From positions 228 to 64,227 of the forward strand of contig JBHPGU010000005.1 in the NCBI GenBank assembly GCA_042570265.1: a stretch of DNA of 64,000 nucleotides, read 5' to 3'. This DNA is from Candidatus Omnitrophota bacterium (lineage in GTDB: Bacteria > Omnitrophota > Gorgyraeia > Velamenicoccales > JABMQK01). Below, in pieces: positions 1 to 9,629 of the stretch (its first letter is position 1; each line of letters begins with the position of its first letter). The translations under genes and the position numbers were made by a program. The notes beneath the pieces are model-generated. The model had not been told where the DNA came from. It saw nothing but the letters and a program-made list of their open reading frames with translations, and made no database searches.

Positions 1-1457
1 TGCAGGCTCTGGGCGCCCAGCCTAAAGATAGGGTGGCAATATGCATGACACGGGGAATACTGCCTGTTATCGGGATTATGGGTATTTTAAAGGTAGGTGC
101 GACCTACGTGCCTATTGACCCGATGAGCCCTATGGGCCGTCTAGAATATATTGTCAAAAAATGCGCGCCAACTTCCTTAATTACCACTAAACAGAAACTA
201 AAAGAGGTAAAAGAAGAAATAATTAATGGTTCAAATCTAAAAACAATAATACTTATGGATGGTGATGGTAGCCGGACTGCATATGGACAAGCAAAAGTTA
301 TTGATTGGCCAACACTCTCTGATATCGGCTTGAATGAGAATGTGGATTCGGATATTAGCGATGACGATCTGGCATACATCCTTTTTACTTCAGGCTCAAC
401 AGGAACGCCTAAAGGAGTAATGATATCGCATCGTAACTCTTTGACCTTTATTGATTCAGTAGTTGATTTTTTCAATATTAGGGAAAGTGATCGTATTTCC
501 AATAATTCGCCGTTACATTTTGATCTTTCAGTATTCGATATGTTTGTGGCTTTTAAGAAGGGTGCTTCAGTGGTCATTGTATCAGAGATAATGACTGTGT
601 TCCCGGCAAAGTTAGCTGAATATATTCAGGAAAATGAAATAACAGTATGGAATTCTGTGCCGTCCTTATTAATACTATTGGCTAACTTCACATCGCTTGA
701 TAAATATGATCTTTCTAGTTTACGTCTGGTTTTATTCGCAGGCGAAGTGTTCCCCATTAAGTATCTTCGCCGATTAAAAAATATTTTATCTAAGGTTGAT
801 TTCTATAATATTTACGGCCAGACGGAAGCAAATTCCTCGACATATTATAAGGTTGCTGCGTTGCCCGATAAGGATACGGATGTGCTACCTATTGGTAAAC
901 CATTTTCTGGCTTCGAGGTCTTTGCGCTTGATGATAAGGGCAAGGTCGTACAATCCACCTCTGAAAAGGGAGAGTTGTATGTGCGCAGCAAGTCTGTGGC
1001 CCAGGGATATTGGCAAGAAGACGAGAAGACTGTCCAAGCTTTTGTTAAGGACCCTCTGATGCCGGAGGCTAGTGACAAGGTATATAAAACTGGGGATCTC
1101 GTTACTTTGGATGTAGCGGGAAATTATATATTTCTAGGTAGAAAAGACCATATGATTAAGAGCCGAGGCTATAGGATTGAGATAGGGGAGATTGAAACAG
1201 TTCTGTCGAGCCATCCAGATATTAAGACAGCTGTGGTCATTCCGATTCCAGACGAGCTTATTGGAAATAGGATTTCAGTTCTTGTCGTTCCATCTATGGC
1301 AGGCAAGCTTACAAAAGATGATATTGCTAAGTATTGTTTTAAGCATTTGCCTAAGTATATGATTCCTGAGATTATTGAGTTACGCGATTCTCTACCTACA
1401 ACTTCTTCCGGTAAGGCGGATAGGAAGAAATTGATGGAATCCATGTATAAATACTAA
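1..1457 (+). CDS. Amino-acid adenylation domain protein (AMP-dependent synthetase/ligase superfamily); 5' end lies outside the window
   Basis: The frame is open from nt 3, so the gene starts upstream of the window. Adenylate-forming core motifs occur in order: LAYILFTSGSTGTPKGV (A3), NIYGQTE (A5), YKTGDLV (A7), GRKDHMIKSRGYRIEIGEIE (A8), SSGKADRKKL (A10). No carrier or condensation domain follows. Confidence 0.85.
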   Translation, partial: QALGAQPKDRVAICMTRGILPVIGIMGILKVGATYVPIDPMSPMGRLEYIVKKCAPTSLITTKQKLKEVKEEIINGSNLKTIILMDGDGSRTAYGQAKVIDWPTLSDIGLNENVDSDISDDDLAYILFTSGSTGTPKGVMISHRNSLTFIDSVVDFFNIRESDRISNNSPLHFDLSVFDMFVAFKKGASVVIVSEIMTVFPAKLAEYIQENEITVWNSVPSLLILLANFTSLDKYDLSSLRLVLFAGEVFPIKYLRRLKNILSKVDFYNIYGQTEANSSTYYKVAALPDKDTDVLPIGKPFSGFEVFALDDKGKVVQSTSEKGELYVRSKSVAQGYWQEDEKTVQAFVKDPLMPEASDKVYKTGDLVTLDVAGNYIFLGRKDHMIKSRGYRIEIGEIETVLSSHPDIKTAVVIPIPDELIGNRISVLVVPSMAGKLTKDDIAKYCFKHLPKYMIPEIIELRDSLPTTSSGKADRKKLMESMYKY

Positions 1458-1470
1458 CAGGAAGATTATT

Positions 1471-2157
1471 ATGCGGGATGAAAAATTAAGGAAATCTTCT
1501 GGCGATTCGTCCGTTCGACCTGATCTAATACATTCGGTCGAGCGTGTGAAGCCTAGCGAGTTGGTCACTGTAGCAGAAGTTCTCGCCGCAGCGTACGCTG
1601 AGGATCCAGTTCATATTTGGGCCATGCCAAAGTCAGCCACACGGCTGGCTGATGCTACAGAGTTCTTTGTATTTTTCCTTCGAAGTATGCAACGTTATCG
1701 CTGGGAGGTGTTCGCGACCGCTGACCGCGGTGCTGTCGCAGTTATGGCATCGGTTGGTCAATTTAACCGTGAGTACCGTGATGGTGTACGCTACATGCCT
1801 ACGTTGATACGTGCTGTCTCACCCGCAGCAGAATTCTTCCAATGGGTTGAGACCTTTAGGCCTAAGACTGATCATTGGTACCTCGAGTTCATCGGTTGCC
1901 TGCCTACGTACCGTTCACGAGGGTTAGGATCCCTTCTCTTAAGAGAAATATTGGCGAAGGCTGACAGAGAAGGCGTTCTCACTTGGTCTTGGTCGTCTAA
2001 CCCGCGCAATCTTAATTTTTATCGCCGATTGGGTTTTGAGGTTGGTAGCGAGATTCGCCGGGATGCTAACACGCCCACTGTAATACCGATATGGCGTCAG
2101 CCGGTGCCGTTAGGACAATTGCCGATCGATGCAGAAGATGAGAAAGGAGGATCATAA
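1471..2157 (+). CDS. GNAT-family N-acetyltransferase (compositionally foreign)
   Basis: 228-aa ORF. GNAT acetyl-CoA pocket: RSRGLGSLLLREIL ... NPRNLNFYRRLGFEV. G+C is clearly higher than in the flanking genes. Confidence 0.75.
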   Translation: MRDEKLRKSSGDSSVRPDLIHSVERVKPSELVTVAEVLAAAYAEDPVHIWAMPKSATRLADATEFFVFFLRSMQRYRWEVFATADRGAVAVMASVGQFNREYRDGVRYMPTLIRAVSPAAEFFQWVETFRPKTDHWYLEFIGCLPTYRSRGLGSLLLREILAKADREGVLTWSWSSNPRNLNFYRRLGFEVGSEIRRDANTPTVIPIWRQPVPLGQLPIDAEDEKGGS

Positions 2158-2160
2158 ATT

Positions 2161-2919
2161 ATGTTTTTCTCTTACTTAAACAATAAATTTAAACAAACTA
2201 AGCACTACTGCCATCGTTTTGGTTTGAAAAAGTCTTTAATTAAAGTGGTGAGATCTGCATATTCAAAAATACATAGACAAATAGCTTGTATAGTGCTTGT
2301 GAAAGATTTGCTTGAAGAAACAAATTGCCCTATTGATTATAAGCTAAAATTACAAAAAATTGAAAAAATTCATTTAGACGCCTTGATAGAGTTTAATAGT
2401 AGATATGATTGGGGCACAGGCAGGATCTCCAATGCAAAAATTAACGATTATTTTGAAAAAAATTATGAAGGTTTTATCGCTTTTTTTGAAGGTAAAATTG
2501 TCGGCTATTTGTGGTGGGTCGACAATTCTACAAAAGCCAGAAAAAGTTATCCTCACCTCACCTTGTTTGGAATTGAACTAAAGGATAATGATGCATATGG
2601 TTTCCATTACTTTTTGGCTCCCGAATTCAGGGGTAAACACAATGCTACTGAATTTATGTGCAAAGTCTTCTTTGATTTAAAAGATCTTGGTTATAAGCGA
2701 TTTTTCGGCATCGCCTATACTGATAATATTTCAGCCAGGTGGCTTTATAGGTTTCTCGGTTTTAAAGATGTCAAAAAGATTATGGATCACAGATTATTTT
2801 ATTTTGTATTGGTCGTTAATAAAACAATATTTATTAAAACTAGAAGACAGTATATGTATTATCCGTTTCATTACCGGGTTGTTTTTCCTTTTAGGAATAT
2901 TAAGATTTTAAATAGATAG
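2161..2919 (+). CDS. GNAT-like acyltransferase
   Basis: 252-aa ORF starting 4 nt after the previous stop. GNAT-like segments: FRGKHNATEFMCKVF and NISARWLYRFLGFKDV. Confidence 0.6.
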   Translation: MFFSYLNNKFKQTKHYCHRFGLKKSLIKVVRSAYSKIHRQIACIVLVKDLLEETNCPIDYKLKLQKIEKIHLDALIEFNSRYDWGTGRISNAKINDYFEKNYEGFIAFFEGKIVGYLWWVDNSTKARKSYPHLTLFGIELKDNDAYGFHYFLAPEFRGKHNATEFMCKVFFDLKDLGYKRFFGIAYTDNISARWLYRFLGFKDVKKIMDHRLFYFVLVVNKTIFIKTRRQYMYYPFHYRVVFPFRNIKILNR

Positions 2920-2945
2920 GGAAGTTTATCAAAGGAGATAAGTTT

Positions 2946-4349
2946 ATGAGCTTGCTCAAACGTTGGATAAAGAAACTCGTATTCCTGTTTGCCAGTTTTA
3001 TTATAAAGTTTATGGACCCGAAACACTGCATATCAGATCCTTCGATTTGGGATTTAAGCGTTAATGAAAATGATCATTTGGTCATTGGTGGCTGCGATTG
3101 CGATGAACTGGCGAAGGAATACGGTACACCGCTCCACATTGTTGATCAGAGCAAACTGGTTGCTAATTACAGTAATTTTTGTCATAGTTTCAAAACATAC
3201 CAGAAAGATGCAGAGGTTTACTACTCCTATAAGACTAATCCCATTCCCGGGGTATTAAAGATGTTGCACCAGCAGGGGGCCGGAGCAGAAGTAATTTCAC
3301 CGTATGAGCTTTGGCTTGCTTTTAAGCAGGGAGTTGCTCCGGATAAGATAATTTATAACGGGCCCTGCAAATCCGGCGAATCTTTGAGAACCGCCGTTGA
3401 CAAGCAGATCAAGCTTATCAATATTGATTCTCTTGACGAGATCGACAGAATTTCACTTATTGCAAAGGAGTTTGGTAAGGTTGTTCAAGTTGGAATAAGA
3501 GTATGTAGCGGTGTTGGCTGGTCGCATCAACTCGGCCTTAAAATAAAGACAGGGGAAGCATTCCAGGCATATAAAAGGTGCGCAGCTGACGAAAATTTAA
3601 AAATTTGTGCAGTGCATGTCCATCTAGGAACATGCTTAAATGATCCATCTGTATACACTGAAGCAATCGCAGCTATTCTGGAATTCATTAAAGATATAAA
3701 GGATCAATTAGGCATTGAGATTGAATATCTTGATTTGGGTGGTGGTTTTGCAGTACCTACGGTCCAACACTTTAGCAAATATAAGTCCAGGTTTTATAAA
3801 TGGGCTGGGTATGGCGCTCCTCCTCCTGAACTAGAAGATTGCCCATCAATAGAAACCTTTGCAAAAAATATTGTTGGGCATATTGATGAGAAGTGTAAGC
3901 AGTTTAATTTAAAGAAGCCGACCTTGCTTCTTGAGCCGGGAAGAGCGATAACCAGCAGCGCTCAAATTTTACTTATCAAAGTAAGTTCAATCAAACGCAA
4001 GAATGAGAAAACAAAGGTTATCATTGCAGATGGTGGGATAAATCTTGCCTATCCGGCAACATGGGAATACCATGAAGTATTTTTAGCAAACAGGATGAGT
4101 CAAAACAGAGAAGAATTTTATAGTATCTCAGGTCCGATCTGTACTCCTGCAGATAAAATATACTCATACAAATTGCTGCCCCGTATTCAAAAAGGGGATA
4201 TTTTAGCAATTATGGATGCCGGAGCTTACTTTATTCCTTTTTCGAACAACTTTTCTTTTCCTAGACCGGCTATTATAAACACCTTTCAAGGCAAGCATTA
4301 CTTGTTACGTCAAAGAGAGACTTTTGAAGATATTGCAAGAATTAGTTAA
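2946..4349 (+). CDS. PLP-dependent decarboxylase, fold-type III (Orn/DAP/Arg decarboxylase family)
   Basis: PLP-lysine motif YYSYKTNP, glycine loop LDLGGGF, C-terminal GPICTPADK. The 467-aa length fits the family. Confidence 0.85.
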   Translation: MSLLKRWIKKLVFLFASFIIKFMDPKHCISDPSIWDLSVNENDHLVIGGCDCDELAKEYGTPLHIVDQSKLVANYSNFCHSFKTYQKDAEVYYSYKTNPIPGVLKMLHQQGAGAEVISPYELWLAFKQGVAPDKIIYNGPCKSGESLRTAVDKQIKLINIDSLDEIDRISLIAKEFGKVVQVGIRVCSGVGWSHQLGLKIKTGEAFQAYKRCAADENLKICAVHVHLGTCLNDPSVYTEAIAAILEFIKDIKDQLGIEIEYLDLGGGFAVPTVQHFSKYKSRFYKWAGYGAPPPELEDCPSIETFAKNIVGHIDEKCKQFNLKKPTLLLEPGRAITSSAQILLIKVSSIKRKNEKTKVIIADGGINLAYPATWEYHEVFLANRMSQNREEFYSISGPICTPADKIYSYKLLPRIQKGDILAIMDAGAYFIPFSNNFSFPRPAIINTFQGKHYLLRQRETFEDIARIS

Positions 4350-4357
4350 AGGTATTT

Positions 4358-5602
4358 ATGGTTAATTCATTAAAATCATCTTTTATTAGGCTGAAAGATT
4401 TTCTCAAGCGGACCCATATGAAAGTTCCTCCTAAGGTCCGTTTTCTCTATTTTCCTTTTACATGGGGCTATAAGAAAATCCGCGAACTCTATAAAATGAT
4501 ATACCTTGCGGTTTTTGTGTTTGAAGGCAGTGATCCCACGGGTGAGTTTCCTTTTACCTATGTATATGTGGGTAATTCTCTTTCAGAACGAGTATATTTT
4601 TGTCAAACACTACTTTCTACAGGATTTCTTATGCACTCTCTAGGTAGCCACTTTTTCTGGGAGGTTCCCGCAATCATCAAAAAAAGAAATTTTGACTGTT
4701 CCATGATTATTTTTGAGAGCAATTTTCTTATAGAGAAATTTCTTTACCGAGGATGCACCTTTAAAATTCCCTGCTGGATTGAAATGGCAATCGATATCTC
4801 TCAATCTATGGAAGAGTTGCAGAAGTTAAGAAAATACAGGCAGGTTGAACGCAATATTAAGGAGAATGAGCTAAATTTTGAGGTTACTAGTACTCCCGAG
4901 AGCTTTAAGGAATTCTATTATAATATGTATGTCCCTCATATTAAAAAGCGATATGAGGATGCTGCCTTGGTTGACGCATTTTCCCTGTTGGAATCCATCT
5001 CTTCACATTCAGAAGTATTCTTTATTAAACAAAAGGGCGTTGCTATTAGTGGTACTGTGTTGGAATATTGTAAGGGAGGAAAGGCCTTTTGCCGTTATTT
5101 TGCCATAAAGGATGGTGATCCTAGGTATCTTGAATTAGGCGCTATGGGCGCAAATTATTATTTTCCGATTATCCAGACGCAAAAAAAGGGCTATAAAGAG
5201 ATTATTATTGGTGGTTCCCGGCCTTTTTTCAAGAACGGACTTACCAGGTATAAGATTTCTCTAGGTGGGAAAATTATTCCTCATTTTAAAACTAAAAGAT
5301 CCTGTATGGGGCTGGTATTTTTGAAGAATTCAGTTGCTTTGAAAAAGTTTCTCGTACAGAATCCTTTCGTTTTTTATCCCAGAGGCCGTAAGCCTGTTCG
5401 AGCCCTATTCCTAGAATCTGGCCAGTTTGAAAAACAGAAAGATTTCAAAAAAGTCTTTGTTTCTTCTAACTGCGAGGGATTGAAAGGCACTCGTATTTTT
5501 GTTTTTGGGGAAGATAAGGATATTTCTGGTTGGCTTAGTCCTATGGATTGTCCCAATACTTTTGTTCAGTCTGCAGAAGATATCTTCTGTACAAAAACAT
5601 GA
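4358..5602 (+). CDS. Hypothetical protein, possible FemAB/CelD-type GNAT-fold acyltransferase
   Basis: 414-aa ORF, 8 nt after the upstream stop. The C-terminal half (YFAIKDGDPRYLELGAMGANYYF ... GYKEIIIGGSRPFFKNGLTRYK) resembles FemAB/CelD-like acyltransferases. This is a family-level resemblance only. Confidence 0.45.
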   Translation: MVNSLKSSFIRLKDFLKRTHMKVPPKVRFLYFPFTWGYKKIRELYKMIYLAVFVFEGSDPTGEFPFTYVYVGNSLSERVYFCQTLLSTGFLMHSLGSHFFWEVPAIIKKRNFDCSMIIFESNFLIEKFLYRGCTFKIPCWIEMAIDISQSMEELQKLRKYRQVERNIKENELNFEVTSTPESFKEFYYNMYVPHIKKRYEDAALVDAFSLLESISSHSEVFFIKQKGVAISGTVLEYCKGGKAFCRYFAIKDGDPRYLELGAMGANYYFPIIQTQKKGYKEIIIGGSRPFFKNGLTRYKISLGGKIIPHFKTKRSCMGLVFLKNSVALKKFLVQNPFVFYPRGRKPVRALFLESGQFEKQKDFKKVFVSSNCEGLKGTRIFVFGEDKDISGWLSPMDCPNTFVQSAEDIFCTKT

Positions 5603-5670
5603 AAAGAAAAAGCATATTTAAAATATTGCGAAGGTTTATATGATATTAGTGGATAACAAGAGGAGAAGGG

Positions 5671-7086
5671 ATGATTTGGAAAAATTTATACGATAAACTG
5701 CCAAGCCATACCTCAGATTCTATCAGGTCGCTTGCGAAGCGGGGATATGGCTTATTTCCTTTACGGGTGCGATGGGGTAGTGAATTCTTTAAGCAATTGG
5801 AATTTTTGGAGAAGAGTCAATGGTGGTCAAGGCAAGAGTTAGAGAATTATCAAAGTGAAAAATTGCGCCATTTAATTAAACACGCCTATGACAATACTTC
5901 CTACTACCGTAGGCTTTTTAAAGAAAATGGATTGTTGCCTAGTGATATAAAAACAATAAAGGATTTAGCAAAAATACCTATTTTGACAAAAGATATTGTA
6001 AGGGAGCATCTTCAGGAGTTGATAGCTACTAATATCGACAGAAAGACCCTTGTGCGTTTTTCTACGAGTGGGACCACTGGCAAGCCACTGATTTTCTTTT
6101 CTGAGAAACGCTTAGAGTTTTTTAACTTTGGCCCCTATATGTGGCGTCAATACATTTGGGGCGGACAAGGATTTAATGATTTGAAAGCCCTTCTGGGTTC
6201 ACATACCCTCAAGCCAAATAAAGAAGGAGCAAAAAAGATAATTTCTTATAATCCGGCCAGAAATCAGCTGATCTTATCAAGTTATGATATTAATCGAAGA
6301 AATGCTTCTTTATTTGCAGAGGCCTTAAGAAAGTATAAGCCTAAGATTATCGAGGCATTTCCTGCTTCTCTGGAAGCCTTGATAGGGTTTTTTAAAGAAC
6401 AGGGAGTCGAAAAACCTGTTCAGCCAAAGGCAATTTTTACTAACTCTGAGGTTCTGTATCCTTGGCAGAGAAAATTGATTGGTGAATATTTTGACTGTGA
6501 ACTATTTGATGTTTATTGTTTAGAGGAAAGAGTAGTAGTGGCAGCCGAATGCGAAAAGCATACAAAGCATCATATTTTTTCAGAGTATGGAATTGTAGAA
6601 TTAGTTGAAAATGGTTACCCAGTTGAGGAGGGGAAGCCCGGTGAGATTATTGCCACCAGCCTGAATAATTATGGCATGCCTTTTATTAGGTATAACACAA
6701 AAGATATAGGCTATTTTGTTAAAGAGAATTGCCCTTGTGGCCGAGGGTTGCCTTTATTAGGATTGGTGGGTGGCAGAAAGAGAAATTTTGTAGTTTCCCA
6801 GAGTGGGAGCGTGATTTCCATTACTATCGTAGATATTCCTAATGCTACTGATAATGTAAAACAGTTTCAATTTGTTCAGAAAGAGCAAGGGCAGCTGGAG
6901 TTAAAAATAGTCAGAAAGAATGACTTTTCACAGATTGATTTAAGAAAGATAGAGAAAAAGCTAAAGGAGAAATTCTTAGATGATATGGAGGTAGAGATTT
7001 GTTTTGTTGATTCGATTACTATGACTCAATCCGGAAAACAACCGTTATTAATTCAAAGGATGGATACTGATGGAACCAATAGGTAA
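5671..7086 (+). CDS. Adenylate-forming ligase of the phenylacetate-CoA ligase / CapK / coenzyme F390 synthetase type
   Basis: Adenylate P-loop STSGTTGKPL, later YNTKDIG and C-terminal TQSGKQ. Size (471 aa) and motif order are typical of PaaK-like enzymes. Confidence 0.8.
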   Translation: MIWKNLYDKLPSHTSDSIRSLAKRGYGLFPLRVRWGSEFFKQLEFLEKSQWWSRQELENYQSEKLRHLIKHAYDNTSYYRRLFKENGLLPSDIKTIKDLAKIPILTKDIVREHLQELIATNIDRKTLVRFSTSGTTGKPLIFFSEKRLEFFNFGPYMWRQYIWGGQGFNDLKALLGSHTLKPNKEGAKKIISYNPARNQLILSSYDINRRNASLFAEALRKYKPKIIEAFPASLEALIGFFKEQGVEKPVQPKAIFTNSEVLYPWQRKLIGEYFDCELFDVYCLEERVVVAAECEKHTKHHIFSEYGIVELVENGYPVEEGKPGEIIATSLNNYGMPFIRYNTKDIGYFVKENCPCGRGLPLLGLVGGRKRNFVVSQSGSVISITIVDIPNATDNVKQFQFVQKEQGQLELKIVRKNDFSQIDLRKIEKKLKEKFLDDMEVEICFVDSITMTQSGKQPLLIQRMDTDGTNR

Positions 7087-7187
7087 ATTAGAACTAGCTC
7101 TTCATAGAGAAAACAAAGACGAAGAGAAAGGCCTTACTGCTTATTAACAAAATTAATCCAGATAAACTAAAATGATATTAAAAAACT

Positions 7188-8357
7188 ATGAAAACTAAGA
7201 CATATAATCTCATTAAAAATTTTAAACAACCTGGCTGCATTGTTTTAGGAATAAGTAACATTGCCGGTTTAAGCATAGTTCGAAGTTTGGGTGTAAAAAA
7301 AATTCCGGTGATTGGTATAGCTAATTCCAGACTTGAAATAGGTGTTTTTTCTAAATATTGCTTATCCGTAGAGATATTCAGTAAAGAAGAGGAATTATTA
7401 TATTTATTAGAAGAAATTGGAAAAACAAGTGTATATAAAAATGTTATATTTTGTGAGCATGATATTTTTCTGCTATTTGTAGAAAAAAACCGGGAACATC
7501 TTGAGAAGTATTTTCATCTTTTGCTCCCTGAAAAAATGTCGCTTAATGGCTTAATGAATAAAAAAGATATGGTAAAATTAGCCCAAGCATCAGGAGTTGG
7601 TGTTCCTTTAACCTTTTTTTCTGATGAGGTTTTATTGGATGAGATCAAAAATAAAATGATATATCCTTCCATAGTCAAACCTTTGTATTCACAATATAAT
7701 CAAAGTACGAAGTGCGATGTGATAAATGATGAAGAAGAGTTGAATGGGTCAATTAAAAAAGATAGATATCGGACTGGGTATGTAATTCAAGAAGTTATTG
7801 AAGGAAAGGAAGATAAAATATGGGTATGCGGAGGATATTGTAATAGCAATACTGAATTTTTGGGATTGTTTACCGGACATAAGTATCGTCAGCTGCCAAA
7901 ACTATTTGGTTCGACTACATTAGGAGTAAGTCAGAGAAATACAGCCGTGATGGAGATGGCTATGACTTTTTTAAAACATATCGGATATCAGGGTTGTTTT
8001 AGCTTTGAAGCTAAACAGCGAGGAGACGAATACAAATTTATTGAGACTAATTTTCGAATATGTTTCTGGAACGAAATGGCGAGATCATCAGGAATCAATC
8101 TGCCATACATTGCTTATTGTGATGTCGTGGGACTTCCCTGTGAAGGAGTTATAAAACAAAAAGATGGGATTATCTGGATTTCAATATTGGATGATTTTAT
8201 CACTTGTTTTAAGCATTATAGCCGTGATAGTAAGTTTATATTCATCGATTGGATTAAGAATGTTTTTGGAGCTAATTCTTATGCTGTTTTTGAATTGACG
8301 GACATACCCCCTTTTCTGGTTAAAATGCTGAAAATCTTATTAAAAATAAGAGACTAA
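7188..8357 (+). CDS. ATP-grasp domain protein (carboxylate-amine ligase type)
   Basis: ATP-grasp landmarks: SIVKPLYS, YVIQEVIEGKE, YKFIETNFRI (E-x-N metal site). 389 aa. Confidence 0.7.
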   Translation: MKTKTYNLIKNFKQPGCIVLGISNIAGLSIVRSLGVKKIPVIGIANSRLEIGVFSKYCLSVEIFSKEEELLYLLEEIGKTSVYKNVIFCEHDIFLLFVEKNREHLEKYFHLLLPEKMSLNGLMNKKDMVKLAQASGVGVPLTFFSDEVLLDEIKNKMIYPSIVKPLYSQYNQSTKCDVINDEEELNGSIKKDRYRTGYVIQEVIEGKEDKIWVCGGYCNSNTEFLGLFTGHKYRQLPKLFGSTTLGVSQRNTAVMEMAMTFLKHIGYQGCFSFEAKQRGDEYKFIETNFRICFWNEMARSSGINLPYIAYCDVVGLPCEGVIKQKDGIIWISILDDFITCFKHYSRDSKFIFIDWIKNVFGANSYAVFELTDIPPFLVKMLKILLKIRD

Positions 8358-8374
8358 AGAAGGTCGCAGAAGAA

Positions 8375-8494
8375 ATGAAAAGACCAAAGTGGTTCATAAA
8401 GGAAAGCATAAGTCAATCAGCAGGGATTGTTTTATTTGTTATGCTACTTCAGAGAATCATACAGACAGTCCGAGGGAAAAGAAGCACTTATTAA
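8375..8494 (+). pseudogene. Orphan 5' fragment of a Wzx-type flippase gene (39 codons, then stop)
   Basis: Translation MKRPKWFIKESISQSAGIVLFVMLLQRIIQTVRGKRSTY aligns with the N-terminus of the intact flippase at 10279 (MLLKRLFNKETIGQSAGIVLFFAMLQRVIQTGRG). The two share the 17-nt identity caatcagcagggattgt. Confidence 0.7.
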
Positions 8495-8539
8495 CAAAAT
8501 TAAAACCTGATAAAATAATTTGTTTTTATTAAAATAGCT

Positions 8540-9622
8540 ATGTTAGAAATTATTCAGAACGAAGATAAATTTTACTCAATGCGAAATGACTGGAATAGTC
8601 TGCTTGAGAAGAGTGGAATCAACAATCCTTATTTGACACATGAGTGGCTAAGCAGTTGGTGGAAGGCATATAAGGATAATAATACACTTAACATCGCTGT
8701 TTTTAAGCAGCAAGGCCAAATTATTGGCGCCATACCTTTGGTTTTATCAAAGGAGACGATTCTCGGCATACCCATAAAAGTAATTAAGTTTTTTTCTGAC
8801 CATTGGAGCAGGATGGATTTTATTCTAGCAGAAAATAAGGCGGAGTGCGTTACGGAGTTCTTTAACTGGTTTCATTCTGCAAAAACGGCGGATGTTCTAA
8901 TTTTGTCTAGAATACCGGAAGTTTCAGAAAATGCCGGTATAATTGAACAAGTGGCTAGAAATAGAAAATTCAACTATAAAAAAACAGGACTGAAGAATAC
9001 TGTTATTCTCTTACAAGGCAGCTGGGAAGACTATTTAAAACAGTTAACAAAGAAGTTTAGGTACGAGATTAGGAATAAGAAGAGAACACTATTCGGATTA
9101 GTGGATGTAAAATACGAGAGGATTACTGAGATAGAAGACGCGGATACGATTTTACCTTCCTTGGTGGAAGTAGGTATAAAAAGCTGGAAATATAAGGATG
9201 CTAAGGGCATAGTCGTTTCAAACCAAGGGATGCAGTTTTATCGGGAAATTATATCTGAATGGGGAATAACAAGAAAGCTGGATATCTCACTTCTTAAACA
9301 GAATAATAAGCCAATAGCCTTTGCGTTCAGGGTTAAGTATAAAGATACGTTCTACGCATTAGAGACAGCATACAGTCAGGATTATTATAATTACTCGCCA
9401 GGTTTGGTTGTTAATAGTATTTTACTAGAGAAGCTATTTGAGGAGAAAGGTGCAAACAAGTATGAGCTGGGTATAATGACGGATACTAAAAAGAGGTGGA
9501 CAAGTAATTATGACCCTGAAGTAAAATTAAACATCTATAATAAAACACTCAAAATGCGGACATTATTTCGTTTGAGAGAATTAGCAGCTTTATTTTCTAA
9601 GAGGGCAAAGCAGCATCAATAG
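8540..9622 (+). CDS. FemAB/CelD-like GNAT-fold acyltransferase (BioF2-like acetyltransferase domain type)
   Basis: 360-aa ORF. N-terminal WNSLLEKSGINNPYLTHEWLSSWW and central KKFRYEIRNKKR are typical of CelD/FemAB-family proteins in EPS loci. Confidence 0.65.
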   Translation: MLEIIQNEDKFYSMRNDWNSLLEKSGINNPYLTHEWLSSWWKAYKDNNTLNIAVFKQQGQIIGAIPLVLSKETILGIPIKVIKFFSDHWSRMDFILAENKAECVTEFFNWFHSAKTADVLILSRIPEVSENAGIIEQVARNRKFNYKKTGLKNTVILLQGSWEDYLKQLTKKFRYEIRNKKRTLFGLVDVKYERITEIEDADTILPSLVEVGIKSWKYKDAKGIVVSNQGMQFYREIISEWGITRKLDISLLKQNNKPIAFAFRVKYKDTFYALETAYSQDYYNYSPGLVVNSILLEKLFEEKGANKYELGIMTDTKKRWTSNYDPEVKLNIYNKTLKMRTLFRLRELAALFSKRAKQHQ

Positions 9623-9629
9623 GAACCTA

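Noticed and set aside
104-577. 157-aa minus-strand ORF. Similar short antisense or alternate-frame ORFs occur throughout, for example 14925-15344, 19810-20217, 28222-28551, 30007-30342, 43931-44287 and 55202-55486.
   Set aside because: All overlap + strand genes that carry diagnostic motifs. None has its own promoter, RBS or motif.
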